From: a virus
IMG/VR virus record: IMGVR_UViG_3300045988_129623
Reading direction: 5' to 3' (one strand)
DNA: 64,000 nucleotides
Shown: positions 1-10,114 of the stretch, one piece after another
Position numbering within the stretch: the stretch's first letter is position 1
Layout: the number at the start of each line of letters is the position of its first letter
Notes under the pieces: generated by a model
The model's input: only the letters and a program-made list of their open reading frames with translations
The model's database searches: none
Told to the model about the DNA's origin: nothing
Position numbers and translations under genes: made by a program

Positions 1-41
1 CAAAAGAAGAGCGATTATTCATATGGAAAAAGGTATATGAG

Positions 42-308
42 ATGATTGATAGGTTAGAGGATGGGGAATACATATGTGTTGCGTTAAGAAATGTAGTGTT
101 TATGTATTTCAAAACACATAAAAATATCTATGAGTTTCGTTCAGACGAAATGGTGAGAATATATTTCCCGGAATTGGAGGAGAAGATAAGTATGGCCACA
201 GAACCAGAGGAAACAAGAACGTTTTATGGGTGGTTTGGTCGTCTTAGTCCAGAAACGAAGGAGGTAAGGCTGAATATTGTGAAAGATATTATAAAAGAAT
301 TAGAATAG
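42..308 (+). CDS. hypothetical protein; the reading frame is open back to window position 3, so the true start may lie upstream of the window
   Basis: ORF track; frame open from nt 3; TAG stop followed by TAA 9 nt later. Confidence 0.55.
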   Translation: MIDRLEDGEYICVALRNVVFMYFKTHKNIYEFRSDEMVRIYFPELEEKISMATEPEETRTFYGWFGRLSPETKEVRLNIVKDIIKELE

Positions 309-353
309 TATTTTTGTTAATCTATTTTATTCATCAAATTAAGTTTTGGGTTT

Positions 354-448
354 TGGCATGTCGGTTCGTGAGGATAGGCATGCCTATTTCTGCATCATAG
401 AGGGGATGACGCGGCGTGCCGGTCCTGGTTCGATTCTGGGCATCTCAC
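354..448 (+). tRNA. tRNA-like element. A T-arm (cctgG-TTCGATT-Ctggg, 424-440) and a 3' acceptor-like strand are recognisable. It is preceded by a 7-bp hairpin (ggcatgc...gcatgcc, 355-383). No complete cloverleaf could be built by hand
   Basis: GGTTCGATTC T-loop consensus at 427-436 with a 5-bp T-stem (two G-U pairs). No anticodon or D arm could be confirmed. Confidence 0.3.
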
Positions 449-469
449 AAACAATAAAACAAAAAAGTT

Positions 470-703
470 ATGAGAATATATAAGAATGATATTATAAAGG
501 CGTCAGCAATAAGCACCGGAGCCGACAGAGGCGTGTTGCTGTGTTCAATAACAGATTCAGGCTTTACGTCTATAGCGGGCGTAATATCGGCTGTTAAGGA
601 TAGGTTACCAAACGAAGATCACAAGAAGATGGTTTTTGAAATCTTGAATGATACGAAAAAAGAGTACGGAAGATATAATAATTGCGGAACAAAAGTATTG
701 TAA
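470..703 (+). CDS. hypothetical protein (77 aa)
   Basis: ORF track; same-strand packing. Confidence 0.5.
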   Translation: MRIYKNDIIKASAISTGADRGVLLCSITDSGFTSIAGVISAVKDRLPNEDHKKMVFEILNDTKKEYGRYNNCGTKVL

Positions 704-822
704 TAAAGAGTAGAAAACAATATGTTTATGTAATATTAGTTTTTTCATTTTTATTGAAAGGAGCGCCGGCCTGTGAAGGTATGCGCTCTTTGTATTTGTA
801 TAATGCATAAAACAATAATAAT

Positions 823-1077
823 ATGACAGAGAATAGTATAGACGTAAATATCGTACCTGTAAAGAATGGTATGAAACGTGTTGTGGTATCATATTGCCAT
901 TATTCACGCAAGGAGAAAGATCGCATGAGTTCCCAAACGGATTACGTTTGGGAAACAAAGAATGAAGAAATGTTTAAATACTTTGAGGCCAGGAGGACAA
1001 AAGTATTTTATAGTCAGATTCGTGCCATGTGTAGATTCTATGGCAAGAAAAATGTACGTAAATACAAAAAGTTATGA
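823..1077 (+). CDS. hypothetical protein (84 aa)
   Basis: ORF track; 4-nt ATGA overlap with the next gene. Confidence 0.55.
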   Translation: MTENSIDVNIVPVKNGMKRVVVSYCHYSRKEKDRMSSQTDYVWETKNEEMFKYFEARRTKVFYSQIRAMCRFYGKKNVRKYKKL

Positions 1078-1883
1078 TATTAAAAACGACAACCAACGAG
1101 TTTTGTTTCATTAACGTAAGTTTCTACGAAACAATAGCAGATCCTCGTCATTTCTTTGAACAGGATTATGAAGAGATGCCAGAATATGAGGAGGAATCGG
1201 ATTTTGATTTTGATTCTTATTACAATAAGTTTATTCCTTTTGTACAGGAATGGGCGAATGAGGTAAGTGAACGCCTTTACGGATATGGCGTGAATAGTAT
1301 AAAGGTAACATCGGTCGGATATCCGAAAGAATATAATTATGGTACTGATTGGATGAACGTAGAGGTAGAGTTTTGTGATGAATGGAGGCAAAAGATGTTA
1401 TCTAACATTAGTAAGATTGTCAATGATGATAAATGCAAGAAGTATGCGGAGACTAATTACCGGTCGGTATCAGGATACATCTTTTTAGGACCTGAAGATT
1501 TAAAGGAATTTGAAAAGGAAATAATAGAAAGAAAGTCGGATTCCGGATATGATGTAACAATATTATTAAATATGTATCTAACTTTGGCTTTTGTAAAAGA
1601 ATTTGGATTTAAAGCCGGAGAAGCATGGAGTGAAATAACAGAATATGCTTACGGATGTTTATCGTATTCCGATTTTGCAACAACAGAGATGCTTATACCG
1701 GAAGGTTCGGAGCATTTATTCAAAGACATTTACACGGCAAAGGCCGACGAATTATATCATCATGTCCTGGATAAATTCGGATGGGCGTGGCGTGATCCGA
1801 AATATAAGTCAGAAACAGAATTATGCGCGATGCTAAAGTGGGCAAAAGAAAAAGGCTTGACCATTGAAGAGTTAAGTATTTAA
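1074..1883 (+). CDS. hypothetical protein (269 aa), acidic N-terminal region
   Basis: Long ORF; coupled start. Confidence 0.8.
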   Translation: MILKTTTNEFCFINVSFYETIADPRHFFEQDYEEMPEYEEESDFDFDSYYNKFIPFVQEWANEVSERLYGYGVNSIKVTSVGYPKEYNYGTDWMNVEVEFCDEWRQKMLSNISKIVNDDKCKKYAETNYRSVSGYIFLGPEDLKEFEKEIIERKSDSGYDVTILLNMYLTLAFVKEFGFKAGEAWSEITEYAYGCLSYSDFATTEMLIPEGSEHLFKDIYTAKADELYHHVLDKFGWAWRDPKYKSETELCAMLKWAKEKGLTIEELSI

Positions 1884-1946
1884 TTGTTAAACATAAGGCA
1901 GTAGTGGTGCGTGAGTATAGGTGCTGCCGTTAAAATATTTTATAAG

Positions 1947-2195
1947 ATGAAAAAAGAAGAGATTCAAACTATTTTATACACAATCAAAGAAGGAGACAGT
2001 ATTAAAATCAAAGTACAAGACAAAAGTGGAGAGATAAGACTGCGGGATCATGTAAGAAGAGTACAGAAATACGGATACAGGTTTTGTTTGTCTCATTTAC
2101 ATGATGGAATTTTCTATCTGGAGAAGTTGAAAGAAGGGGATAAGGATAAATACTATAGAGTAATAAACAGAGGAAATGGAAAGACCGGGGTATAA
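1947..2195 (+). CDS. hypothetical protein. The ATG at 1947 is preferred over the GTG at 1911 used in the track
   Basis: ORF track frame; first in-frame ATG. Confidence 0.5.
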   Translation: MKKEEIQTILYTIKEGDSIKIKVQDKSGEIRLRDHVRRVQKYGYRFCLSHLHDGIFYLEKLKEGDKDKYYRVINRGNGKTGV

Positions 2196-2469
2196 TAAGC
2201 TACGCAAAATGGCTAAGACTACTCCAGGTCTGATAGTGGACGAGGTGCAAAACATGATGCGTGTATCGCTATACGATAATGGGGAACTTAAGAAGGTGGT
2301 AGTAGTAATGAAATGCGATTCTTTTTTACAGTCAAAAAGTAACATAGAAAAGATAATGTTATTATCATCTTCTATAGAAGATAGAAAAAACAAAGAAAAA
2401 AATAAAACAAAATCAGAAAATGAACAGAATAACAAAAATAAGAGAAGAAATAGGAGGAAAACAGGTTGA
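2176..2469 (+). CDS. hypothetical Lys-rich protein (97 aa). It overlaps both neighbours and is uncertain
   Basis: ORF track only. Confidence 0.35.
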   Translation: MERPGYNKLRKMAKTTPGLIVDEVQNMMRVSLYDNGELKKVVVVMKCDSFLQSKSNIEKIMLLSSSIEDRKNKEKNKTKSENEQNNKNKRRNRRKTG

Positions 2470-2803
2470 TTTGACCTTTTACGGGCGCTTTTGCAGCCTT
2501 ATCGAAGGTGATAGGGAGATAATACTAAGGGCAATAAAAAACGGTCGTAAAAAAGGCGTAATCGGGGCCATTCAGCCTGGGAGACATGACAGAATTTGGA
2601 CCACATGGTCTATTGCTTTTGATGATCTGAGGGTAGGGGATACGGTAGAGTTCAGTACATCTGGAAAATACAATCCCGGATTTCATGCTACGGAAAAGTA
2701 TGTAGGGTGTGTAGAATGGATAAAAGGGTCGGAATGTGCGATAAAAACCGGTAAGGGAATAGCAGTAGTATTAATTAAACACATAGAAAGGGTGGTAAAA
2801 TGA
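2420..2803 (+). CDS. hypothetical protein (127 aa)
   Basis: ORF track; ATGA overlap with the downstream gene. Confidence 0.6.
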   Translation: MNRITKIREEIGGKQVDLTFYGRFCSLIEGDREIILRAIKNGRKKGVIGAIQPGRHDRIWTTWSIAFDDLRVGDTVEFSTSGKYNPGFHATEKYVGCVEWIKGSECAIKTGKGIAVVLIKHIERVVK

Positions 2804-3084
2804 TGGGGTTGAGAGAATTTGTAGAACTTTTTGACAAGAATGAAGTAAAGAATTTGTTTAATGCATTGTCTTCATGTATAGAATACGTAAGGATAGATTT
2901 GCATGTATTTAATATAGGTGCCTATGTTACGTGCCTGTACAGTAATGATCTTGAATCGCTTTCACAGACAGAAGGTTGTAATGTGAATATGATAATAGAG
3001 GTACCACACTTATTCGAAGCATTCATGGAATACGCTTCACCGGAAATGAAGTTGTATTACGAAAAACTAACAGAGACAGTATAA
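2800..3084 (+). CDS. hypothetical protein (94 aa)
   Basis: ORF track; coupled start. Confidence 0.6.
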   Translation: MMGLREFVELFDKNEVKNLFNALSSCIEYVRIDLHVFNIGAYVTCLYSNDLESLSQTEGCNVNMIIEVPHLFEAFMEYASPEMKLYYEKLTETV

Positions 3085-3115
3085 TACGAAAGAGGAAGTA
3101 GAACGGATAAAGAAG

Positions 3116-3559
3116 TTGGTTGGCATAGATCATAATAGATGGGAGCAGCCTTGTACATGTGATAAATGCAAGAACATGTGTGAGGTTCCTTGTATTGGTA
3201 CGCCAAAAGACATAGAAGCTATCATAGATGCCGGATACGCTGACAGGCTAAAAGAAACAATGTGGATGGTAGGGTATCTTGCAGTGAAAGAAAAACCAAT
3301 AGCGATGATCCAGCCAACAGTGAAAGACGGGTGGTGCGCATTCCGCCAGCCGGACGGTCTCTGCGAGCTGCATGACCGAGGACTAAAGCCGACTGAAGGA
3401 GTTCTGGCTTCTTGTAAGGTGGTTAAAGAAGACAATGTCCCAACATATGAAACGTCTGTACTTAGAGCAGTAGCTCATGAGTGGGTTAAGGTAGAGAACT
3501 TCGCAACTATAATGAGGGTCGTTTTTAAATTTTTGCATGAAAATGAACGTAGAAAATAA
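3116..3559 (+). CDS. hypothetical Cys-rich protein (147 aa)
   Basis: ORF track; several CxxC-like pairs. Confidence 0.65.
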   Translation: MVGIDHNRWEQPCTCDKCKNMCEVPCIGTPKDIEAIIDAGYADRLKETMWMVGYLAVKEKPIAMIQPTVKDGWCAFRQPDGLCELHDRGLKPTEGVLASCKVVKEDNVPTYETSVLRAVAHEWVKVENFATIMRVVFKFLHENERRK

Positions 3560-3947
3560 ATTAGATAAAGTGGTTAATATCCTAAAAGAAAAAGGATTTG
3601 TAGTATATAGAAAGGGCGGGAAGGAGCCAGGTGTGTTTTACGCTAAAGAAGGTGACAGCCGGATAGGATTCGTTTATCCCAACAACGGATATATATATGA
3701 TAGAATAAAAATGTGGTCTTTTTCAAGGATATATAAACCACATAAGAAAACCGGGTCTTCGTGTTTAATGAGCGTCAGCGACGAATTTACGATAGAGAAT
3801 GCGATTAAGAACATAGAGGATAGACTGTGGGTGAATTATATAAAAGACGGTAACAGAAAACGACCAGAAGAATATAAAGATATAAGAGAATTTGTTGGTA
3901 GCTTCACTAAATTCTACAGCTCTGTAGAATTAGTTGAGGTTAAGTAG
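3537..3947 (+). CDS. hypothetical protein (136 aa). It ends in TAG and the next ORF is in the same frame
   Basis: ORF track. Confidence 0.65.
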   Translation: MKMNVENKLDKVVNILKEKGFVVYRKGGKEPGVFYAKEGDSRIGFVYPNNGYIYDRIKMWSFSRIYKPHKKTGSSCLMSVSDEFTIENAIKNIEDRLWVNYIKDGNRKRPEEYKDIREFVGSFTKFYSSVELVEVK

Positions 3948-4025
3948 TTTTCCATGCGAGTTAGTTGCCGGCACTGGTCCGTGAAGATAGGTGCCGTTTT
4001 TTTTATTCAAGAAAGGAGGACAAAG

Positions 4026-4277
4026 ATGGGAAAAAGAGACAAGGAGATACCTTATGAGGTAGTCATACAGGAAAGAAAAAGAGTGGATTTATACGGTAAC
4101 GTAGTGTATTATATCTATTGGTTTGATAAATATGGGTACAATATCACAAACGAATGGAAATTCTGGAGCAAGGGTCCGAAAAAGAAATACGATAGAGTCA
4201 ATCGTTATCTAACAGATAGTTGGTTGAAGGAATACTGTAAGAATAACAATTTAAAGATAAGTAGAATAAAGGAATGA
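4026..4277 (+). CDS. hypothetical protein. The ATG at 4026 is preceded by an AGGAGG Shine-Dalgarno-like motif (4015-4020) and is preferred to the ATG at 3954
   Basis: RBS-like AGGAGG 6 nt upstream of the ATG. Confidence 0.6.
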   Translation: MGKRDKEIPYEVVIQERKRVDLYGNVVYYIYWFDKYGYNITNEWKFWSKGPKKKYDRVNRYLTDSWLKEYCKNNNLKISRIKE

Positions 4278-4540
4278 AAAAGATAAAAGTAGACAAAGTG
4301 ATATTATATTACATGGATCGGGTAGACCCTGACGGGAACCTATACCGGTTCTATGTATATAAAGACATGGCATCTGGAATAGAATACTTTTGCACGGAAG
4401 AGACAGGTAATATGACTATACCAATCGGAGAAGGAAAGTATATTGAAATCGTGCCAAGGGAAATAGTGAAAATACCGGTAAGGGGATATAGGAAGCTTAC
4501 TGGAATATGGAATCGTGAAACATGTAACGGGAAGGGATGA
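4274..4540 (+). CDS. hypothetical protein (88 aa)
   Basis: ORF track; ATGA overlap. Confidence 0.6.
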   Translation: MKKIKVDKVILYYMDRVDPDGNLYRFYVYKDMASGIEYFCTEETGNMTIPIGEGKYIEIVPREIVKIPVRGYRKLTGIWNRETCNGKG

Positions 4541-4775
4541 TATAGGCTTTTTAATTATTTCAAATACAAGCCGACCCTATGTTATTTTAAAAAAGCTGGA
4601 CATGATGAAAATGGGAACACAAGATACGAAATATCATTATTTAATAGCATTATAAATGTGACAAGATATTTTAATCTGTGGAGAATGAAGCCAGGAAAGT
4701 ATGTTATGGTAACAAACGAGTGTGGAGCCTTGGATGTTATAAAAGAAAAATTTGACAACATAAATATAGTGGAAT

Positions 4776-5135
4776 ATGGATCTGAATGAATTGTACAAAG
4801 AAATAGAAAAAGCAGAGATTGATCTGAATGCAAAAAGATTAAAGTACATCAAAGAGGCATTAGTGGAGAACGGTGGAAGTATAAAGCTAAAATTTAAAAA
4901 ATGGGGAGAAGATAATAATGCGTTTGACTTTGATGATCAGTTTCCGGTGATAATAGAAATTGCTGGGATTCCTATGTTTTTAACGGAGGTGTATGTCAAA
5001 AAAAACGATTTTCGTATGGTTCTGCTGGACTATGATGATATGACTTTAGGTGATTTTGATAATACAGGGGAAAATGAACAGGTTGCTTATTTTATTAACT
5101 ATTGCTTAAATCAAGACAAAGATGGGAAAGAGTAG
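4776..5135 (+). CDS. hypothetical acidic protein (119 aa)
   Basis: ORF track. Confidence 0.65.
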   Translation: MDLNELYKEIEKAEIDLNAKRLKYIKEALVENGGSIKLKFKKWGEDNNAFDFDDQFPVIIEIAGIPMFLTEVYVKKNDFRMVLLDYDDMTLGDFDNTGENEQVAYFINYCLNQDKDGKE

Positions 5136-5310
5136 AAAAGATTATGAGAAGTTTCTTAACTCCATATCTCCAGATAGAGACGATGAGGCATGGATCATTG
5201 GAGGAAAGAACAGGTATTGCGGTAGAGAGAATTATGATACTATGATCAAAAGGTATGATCCTATTGGTTTTAACGTAGGATACAGGGAGTGGGCAGAGCA
5301 GCCAGGGTAA
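5122..5310 (+). CDS. hypothetical protein (62 aa), ending in a GC-rich island
   Basis: ORF track only. Confidence 0.4.
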   Translation: MGKSRKDYEKFLNSISPDRDDEAWIIGGKNRYCGRENYDTMIKRYDPIGFNVGYREWAEQPG

Positions 5311-5555
5311 GGAGGCGCCCGTCCTGCCATGAGGCCAGCCTGGCTGTTCGTGGCCAGGGCCATACATTAATCAGATAGTGAACGGCGAAAACAATACATA
5401 AAATGGGAAACGAATTAAAACTTAACAGCGCAGAAGAAGCAGAAGTAATTTTAAGAAATGGTGGCTGATTATAAAGGTCGCATATATGAATATTACGAGT
5501 TCAAGAGAGAGGTCATTGATAAGATAAGATAATTATATACCTAAAATAATAGTTT

Positions 5556-5870
5556 ATGACATTCAAAGAATTTATGAAAGAAGTGGGCTATAACCTACTG
5601 ACTACCTTTTGGGAAGATTTTAGTATAGCCGACAAGTATGGTATAGTAGGTGTCAAAGATACCTACAGACGTGCGTTCAATGAATGGAAAGACGATTATA
5701 AGTTCTTCACGGAATTAACGCTCGTACTGAATCATAAAATATGGCAACATTACGAAAGCGATCGTGAACTGGCTGCATTGTATGACCGGTTGTGGCGGGA
5801 AGCCGACGAGTATGCCATGAACAATTTTAAGGGAGAAGAGCTTGATTATTATTACAGAGTAACAGATTAG
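5556..5870 (+). CDS. hypothetical protein (104 aa). It ends in TAG and the next ORF is in the same frame 9 nt later
   Basis: ORF track. Confidence 0.7.
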   Translation: MTFKEFMKEVGYNLLTTFWEDFSIADKYGIVGVKDTYRRAFNEWKDDYKFFTELTLVLNHKIWQHYESDRELAALYDRLWREADEYAMNNFKGEELDYYYRVTD

Positions 5871-5879
5871 AAAGTGATT

Positions 5880-6332
5880 ATGAAAAATACGATAGTAACA
5901 GGTAGCCTAATTGTATTCAGCGACGGATTTGTTTGGAAAATATTGTCCAACGAAAAAGCCTACAAGATATGGGTGTCAGCAGAAAATGAAGATTTTGAGT
6001 TATACAAGGTGAGGGTAGATGATGAGTCTGAGTCATCGATAGAGAGTCTTGAAGATTTACAGGATGCCTTTAAACAGGGTCATTATGTATGTATAGAAGT
6101 AGGCAAGCTACCGTATAGCATAGGTTTGAATTACTTACGAAATCTGCAAGAGATGTCGGTGACAGCCGTGGATGATCTAATGGGATTAAAAGAACGTAGC
6201 AGGGAAGAGGCATTTAACATCATTCAAGAGTGGACCAAAGAGTTTACAGAGAAATATGGGAATTATTATTTTGATGGCTCATACTATGATGAAATAGATG
6301 CATTTATCGAAGAAAAATTAAGAACTATTTAA
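5880..6332 (+). CDS. hypothetical protein. The ATG at 5880 is used; the track has a GTG at 5874
   Basis: ORF track. Confidence 0.7.
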   Translation: MKNTIVTGSLIVFSDGFVWKILSNEKAYKIWVSAENEDFELYKVRVDDESESSIESLEDLQDAFKQGHYVCIEVGKLPYSIGLNYLRNLQEMSVTAVDDLMGLKERSREEAFNIIQEWTKEFTEKYGNYYFDGSYYDEIDAFIEEKLRTI

Positions 6333-6343
6333 AATATAAAGAC

Positions 6344-7153
6344 ATGGAAGACGATCTTATTACAACAAAAGAAGTAGGCGATTATCGCATTAAAGTGTAT
6401 TATTGCCGTGATTCAGAATGTCCTATAACTAATTGGGGTTTGTTTGGGTCATTCTTTTTTGAATACTCAGATACACATCGATTGCATGATGAATGCAATT
6501 GGAAAACTTTCTTCTACGATAACAAGCATAATCTTAGAGATGTTATTGATGCTATTGTAATGAAGCATATAGAACAGAAAGACATTGTAAAATATTTAAA
6601 GAAAGGGGAAGCGAATGGGATCTCGTTCACATACAACAGAGGTGGCAATGTATGGGAGTTGAAACATAAGACAAGTCTATATATAGGTCAAGAGTTTTCA
6701 CCAGGTGATTTGAAGGACTTTGATTGCAGAGGAGAATTAATAGAGGATCTGGATGATGAAGACCTGTTAGATATCATATCCAAATATGGAAAAGATGTGG
6801 TAGCTATAGAGTGGTCGACAAGGGGTTATAATCAAGGTGATTATATAAAAGGGATAGCATACGTTACAAAAGAAAAATATGATAATGAAGTCTGCAACAA
6901 AGAAGGAGACTGGAAAGAAGATTGTGCCAAGATTATAGATAATGAAGTAAAGTCCATAGGTATGTGGATGTGGGGAGATGTAAAAGGGTACGTTCTTGAA
7001 AAGAAGGTAGCATTTACCAAGAAATACAAAGACGAATCAAGAGAGGATGAAGATTGTGAAGAATGGGAAGAGGTTGATTCTTGCTGGGGATGTTATGAGG
7101 AGACAGATGAATTGATAAAGGAAGTCATGATAGAGAATGGCTTAGAAGAATAG
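6344..7153 (+). CDS. hypothetical protein (269 aa). Its TAG stop is followed by a 33-codon in-frame open stretch through a GC-rich island, ending at a TAA near 7252
   Basis: ORF track; downstream frame read by eye. Confidence 0.8.
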   Translation: MEDDLITTKEVGDYRIKVYYCRDSECPITNWGLFGSFFFEYSDTHRLHDECNWKTFFYDNKHNLRDVIDAIVMKHIEQKDIVKYLKKGEANGISFTYNRGGNVWELKHKTSLYIGQEFSPGDLKDFDCRGELIEDLDDEDLLDIISKYGKDVVAIEWSTRGYNQGDYIKGIAYVTKEKYDNEVCNKEGDWKEDCAKIIDNEVKSIGMWMWGDVKGYVLEKKVAFTKKYKDESREDEDCEEWEEVDSCWGCYEETDELIKEVMIENGLEE

Positions 7154-7297
7154 GTTATAATGGCTGATAGTGACGGACGCCACAGGAGACAGGTGGGTAA
7201 AGTGCGAAGAGCTCCGGTTCAGGGGAGACGGGGCCTGCTTTGCGTGGCGTAAGGCTACAGTAGATGAAATTGTTGAACATTTTAAAAACAGATAATT

Positions 7298-7711
7298 ATG
7301 GGATATATATGTACAAGATGTGGTGGAACAAATGTTGTCTGTGAAGCCATAGTAAATCCGAATACTGGAAAAATAATAGATTATCTTGATGAATCTTTCA
7401 TGCATGCTATTTGCTCGAATTGTGAAAACGAGGTGATAATATCCAACATTGAAGGAGTCAAACATGAAATTGATTTAAGGTTTCATGAATTTGTAGAAAA
7501 AACAGGTAAGGAGCCTGAATACGTAGAATGTCAGATTGTATGGAAAAAGACAGGAGATGAACAAAGAAAGACAATAAAACTATCATTGGGCATTAACGAT
7601 GATGACAATGATGATGTTTTTTATTATTGCAATGGGATAGAATCGTTTAAGCAACTTACTGAATACGGAGTGGGAGAATTTATCGTAACATTTTGTTGGA
7701 GTTTCTTTTAA
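7298..7711 (+). CDS. hypothetical zinc-ribbon protein (CxxC...CxxC)
   Basis: Cys pairs CTRCGG and CSNCEN. Confidence 0.7.
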   Translation: MGYICTRCGGTNVVCEAIVNPNTGKIIDYLDESFMHAICSNCENEVIISNIEGVKHEIDLRFHEFVEKTGKEPEYVECQIVWKKTGDEQRKTIKLSLGINDDDNDDVFYYCNGIESFKQLTEYGVGEFIVTFCWSFF

Positions 7712-7724
7712 AACCTATACAGAT

Positions 7725-8090
7725 ATGAAAATAATAAAAATTCCTATTACAGAGCAAAACAGAGAAGTCTATTGGTCTAGAAACAAAGATAAGAAGGCTT
7801 GGGAGAAGTTAATGAGTGAGTGCCCATCCATGACATCAAAAGAGTTTTGGAATAATGAATGGGAAGAATTTGATAAAGAAGAGATTTCGACGCATTGGTA
7901 TTTCATTGTTGGCAAACCGGAATCGATAATAGATGAGTTGATTAATTTGGAGATAGGGGACACAAACGTATTCTATCCACATATAAAGGAGAATAGACCT
8001 TGGGATATTGAAGAAATGGACTGGTATGATCTTAGAGAACATGCCAATACCATGAGTGATTTTATTCAGAAGTTATATAACTACATTTAA
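7725..8090 (+). CDS. hypothetical protein (121 aa)
   Basis: ORF track. Confidence 0.7.
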   Translation: MKIIKIPITEQNREVYWSRNKDKKAWEKLMSECPSMTSKEFWNNEWEEFDKEEISTHWYFIVGKPESIIDELINLEIGDTNVFYPHIKENRPWDIEEMDWYDLREHANTMSDFIQKLYNYI

Positions 8091-8101
8091 AAAAATGCTT
8101 T

Positions 8102-8575
8102 ATGAATGGAATAATATTTGAATTAGAAGAAAAGTCGAAATATACAGGGAGATACATGGATGGGGAAATCTCCTATAATAACACATCTATAGATTACATG
8201 AAAGAAATACGAGAATGTGACAGAAAGAGTGAGATCAAGGATTTATTAAATGACCCTTGTCTTGGTAAAATATTTGAAAAGGGGGAAGTTGATGATGAAA
8301 TTATATATAATGGTAATATAGAAGATGTAAAAGAGGAATGGATGCGTGCTATACAAAATGGGGTAGATAAAATGAATGTTAACAAAGATATGAATGGGCA
8401 TAATCTTATTTATGTAATAAAATATGGGATTTGCAGATACGCGTATCGTATTTGCATTAATTCATATCCGGGATATGTTGTAAAAGATCCAATAACACTA
8501 ATAGAATGGGTTCAAGGTTTAAAGCCTGGAACCATCATTAAAATAAGAGGAATATTCATTTATCATTTTTTATAA
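8102..8575 (+). CDS. hypothetical protein (157 aa)
   Basis: ORF track. Confidence 0.7.
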   Translation: MNGIIFELEEKSKYTGRYMDGEISYNNTSIDYMKEIRECDRKSEIKDLLNDPCLGKIFEKGEVDDEIIYNGNIEDVKEEWMRAIQNGVDKMNVNKDMNGHNLIYVIKYGICRYAYRICINSYPGYVVKDPITLIEWVQGLKPGTIIKIRGIFIYHFL

Positions 8576-8583
8576 CATATTTT

Positions 8584-8976
8584 ATGAAAACACAAGAAGA
8601 ATACGCACTTGAAATTGACGAAATTGTTCGCCGGGATGTAGAGGACTGCCAGAGCGACTGGTTTAGGATTGACAAGGAAATATTTATGCAACCGGGAAAC
8701 AAGGATAAGATATTTATTCTGGGAACCAGAAAAACCGGATGTGACTTAATAATATTAGGCGGTAGTAATTGCAATGAAATAACTATGAATAGAGTTTTCG
8801 GATGTCTTGGCAATGAAAACTTCTATGTATGTCAGCCACTTGATTTTTATAAATCGTTGCATGAAATTAAGAAGGTAAATCCTTTGTATGCTTTCAAAGT
8901 GGCTACCGCTTATTTTAGAGAAAAAGGGATGATTCCGGTATTTGAAGATGCAATTTGTAAACTGATAAAGCCATGA
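8584..8976 (+). CDS. hypothetical protein (130 aa)
   Basis: ORF track. Confidence 0.7.
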   Translation: MKTQEEYALEIDEIVRRDVEDCQSDWFRIDKEIFMQPGNKDKIFILGTRKTGCDLIILGGSNCNEITMNRVFGCLGNENFYVCQPLDFYKSLHEIKKVNPLYAFKVATAYFREKGMIPVFEDAICKLIKP

Positions 8977-9217
8977 TAGAAGTAATAAGATACAGACTGC
9001 CCTCTTATTGGGCTTGCCCGTTAATCAATGATGATTACACTGGATTAACGGATGAAGAATGTGAGGAAATCTAACGCTTCTTGGAAGCAGCAGAAGGTTA
9101 TCCGGTAGATGTAGACTGGGGAACGCAGGGGTTTTACCGTTGTAATGACGCAGAAACACTTCCCGGAGAGTGTGCAGATTTTATTTTTCATAAGTGTAAT
9201 GATTAAACTAAAATAAT

Positions 9218-10114
9218 ATGGAAACTACAAACAAACTGTTTTATTCAGGTACAAAATTCTTTACAGAAAATGAAGAAGATTATAGAATAACAGTTAGAAT
9301 CTCTTTGGATGATGACTGCAAAAATAACATATGCGACTGGAGCATAACAGCCGACGTTGACTGGAAAAACAAGCATGGAAAATATGAGGATTACTTAGGA
9401 GGCTGCTGCCACGATGAAGTCGCAAAACATTTTCCGGAATTAGCGAAATTCATATCGTTGCATCTTTGTAACCATTATGGTGCTCCTATGTATCCGGTAG
9501 AAAATGGCATATATCACGTTAGAAGAAGCGGTATGTCTGTGGCAATGGAGTATTTGCGTATATCAGAGCAAGAATGCGCAGAATTATATAAAGCCTCTGA
9601 GGATGAGTTGTATTTCAAGTATATGCTTTTCAATCTGGGGATTGTGAATAGATGGAAACGTGAATCAGAAGAGCTTATTGCGGAACTTGAAAAAATGTGT
9701 GGAAAAAAGTGGGTTAATCCATATAAGCCGGAAGAAGAAAGATTTGTTTTAACACTAACAGACGAGGAACGATCTCTTATTGAAGAGCGTATTAAAGCCG
9801 GGTATTACTCCTCAGAAAATATAGAGAAACGCAGAGTGGAAGCCCATAAAGCAAAGATGGCGGCAAAACGTGCTGAAATTTGTGAGCGATACGATAAGAA
9901 AATCAGACAAGCAGAAGCAGAAAAGAAGATAATACTCTGTGTGTTTGATTATGGATTGCCAATTAATAATGTTATATATTATCCTCACACGAACACTTTA
10001 TCTTTCAACTGGAACGATTATGGAGGAAAAATCACACAGGAAGAGTTTGATGATTTTGTGAATAAGGTAGACCGCTCTCAGTTGCCGGAAGACATTAGGT
10101 TTGAACTTAAATAA
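9218..10114 (+). CDS. hypothetical protein (298 aa)
   Basis: Long ORF. Confidence 0.8.
   Translation: METTNKLFYSGTKFFTENEEDYRITVRISLDDDCKNNICDWSITADVDWKNKHGKYEDYLGGCCHDEVAKHFPELAKFISLHLCNHYGAPMYPVENGIYHVRRSGMSVAMEYLRISEQECAELYKASEDELYFKYMLFNLGIVNRWKRESEELIAELEKMCGKKWVNPYKPEEERFVLTLTDEERSLIEERIKAGYYSSENIEKRRVEAHKAKMAAKRAEICERYDKKIRQAEAEKKIILCVFDYGLPINNVIYYPHTNTLSFNWNDYGGKITQEEFDDFVNKVDRSQLPEDIRFELK

Noticed and set aside
3537-6332. Pairs 3537-3947/3954-4277 and 5556-5870/5874-6332 as further amber read-through genes.
   Set aside because: They are same-frame and separated only by TAG. Each downstream ORF has its own ATG. The one at 4026 has a strong AGGAGG ribosome-binding site. About one in nine adjacent pairs is expected to look like this by chance. 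They are noted but not counted as evidence.
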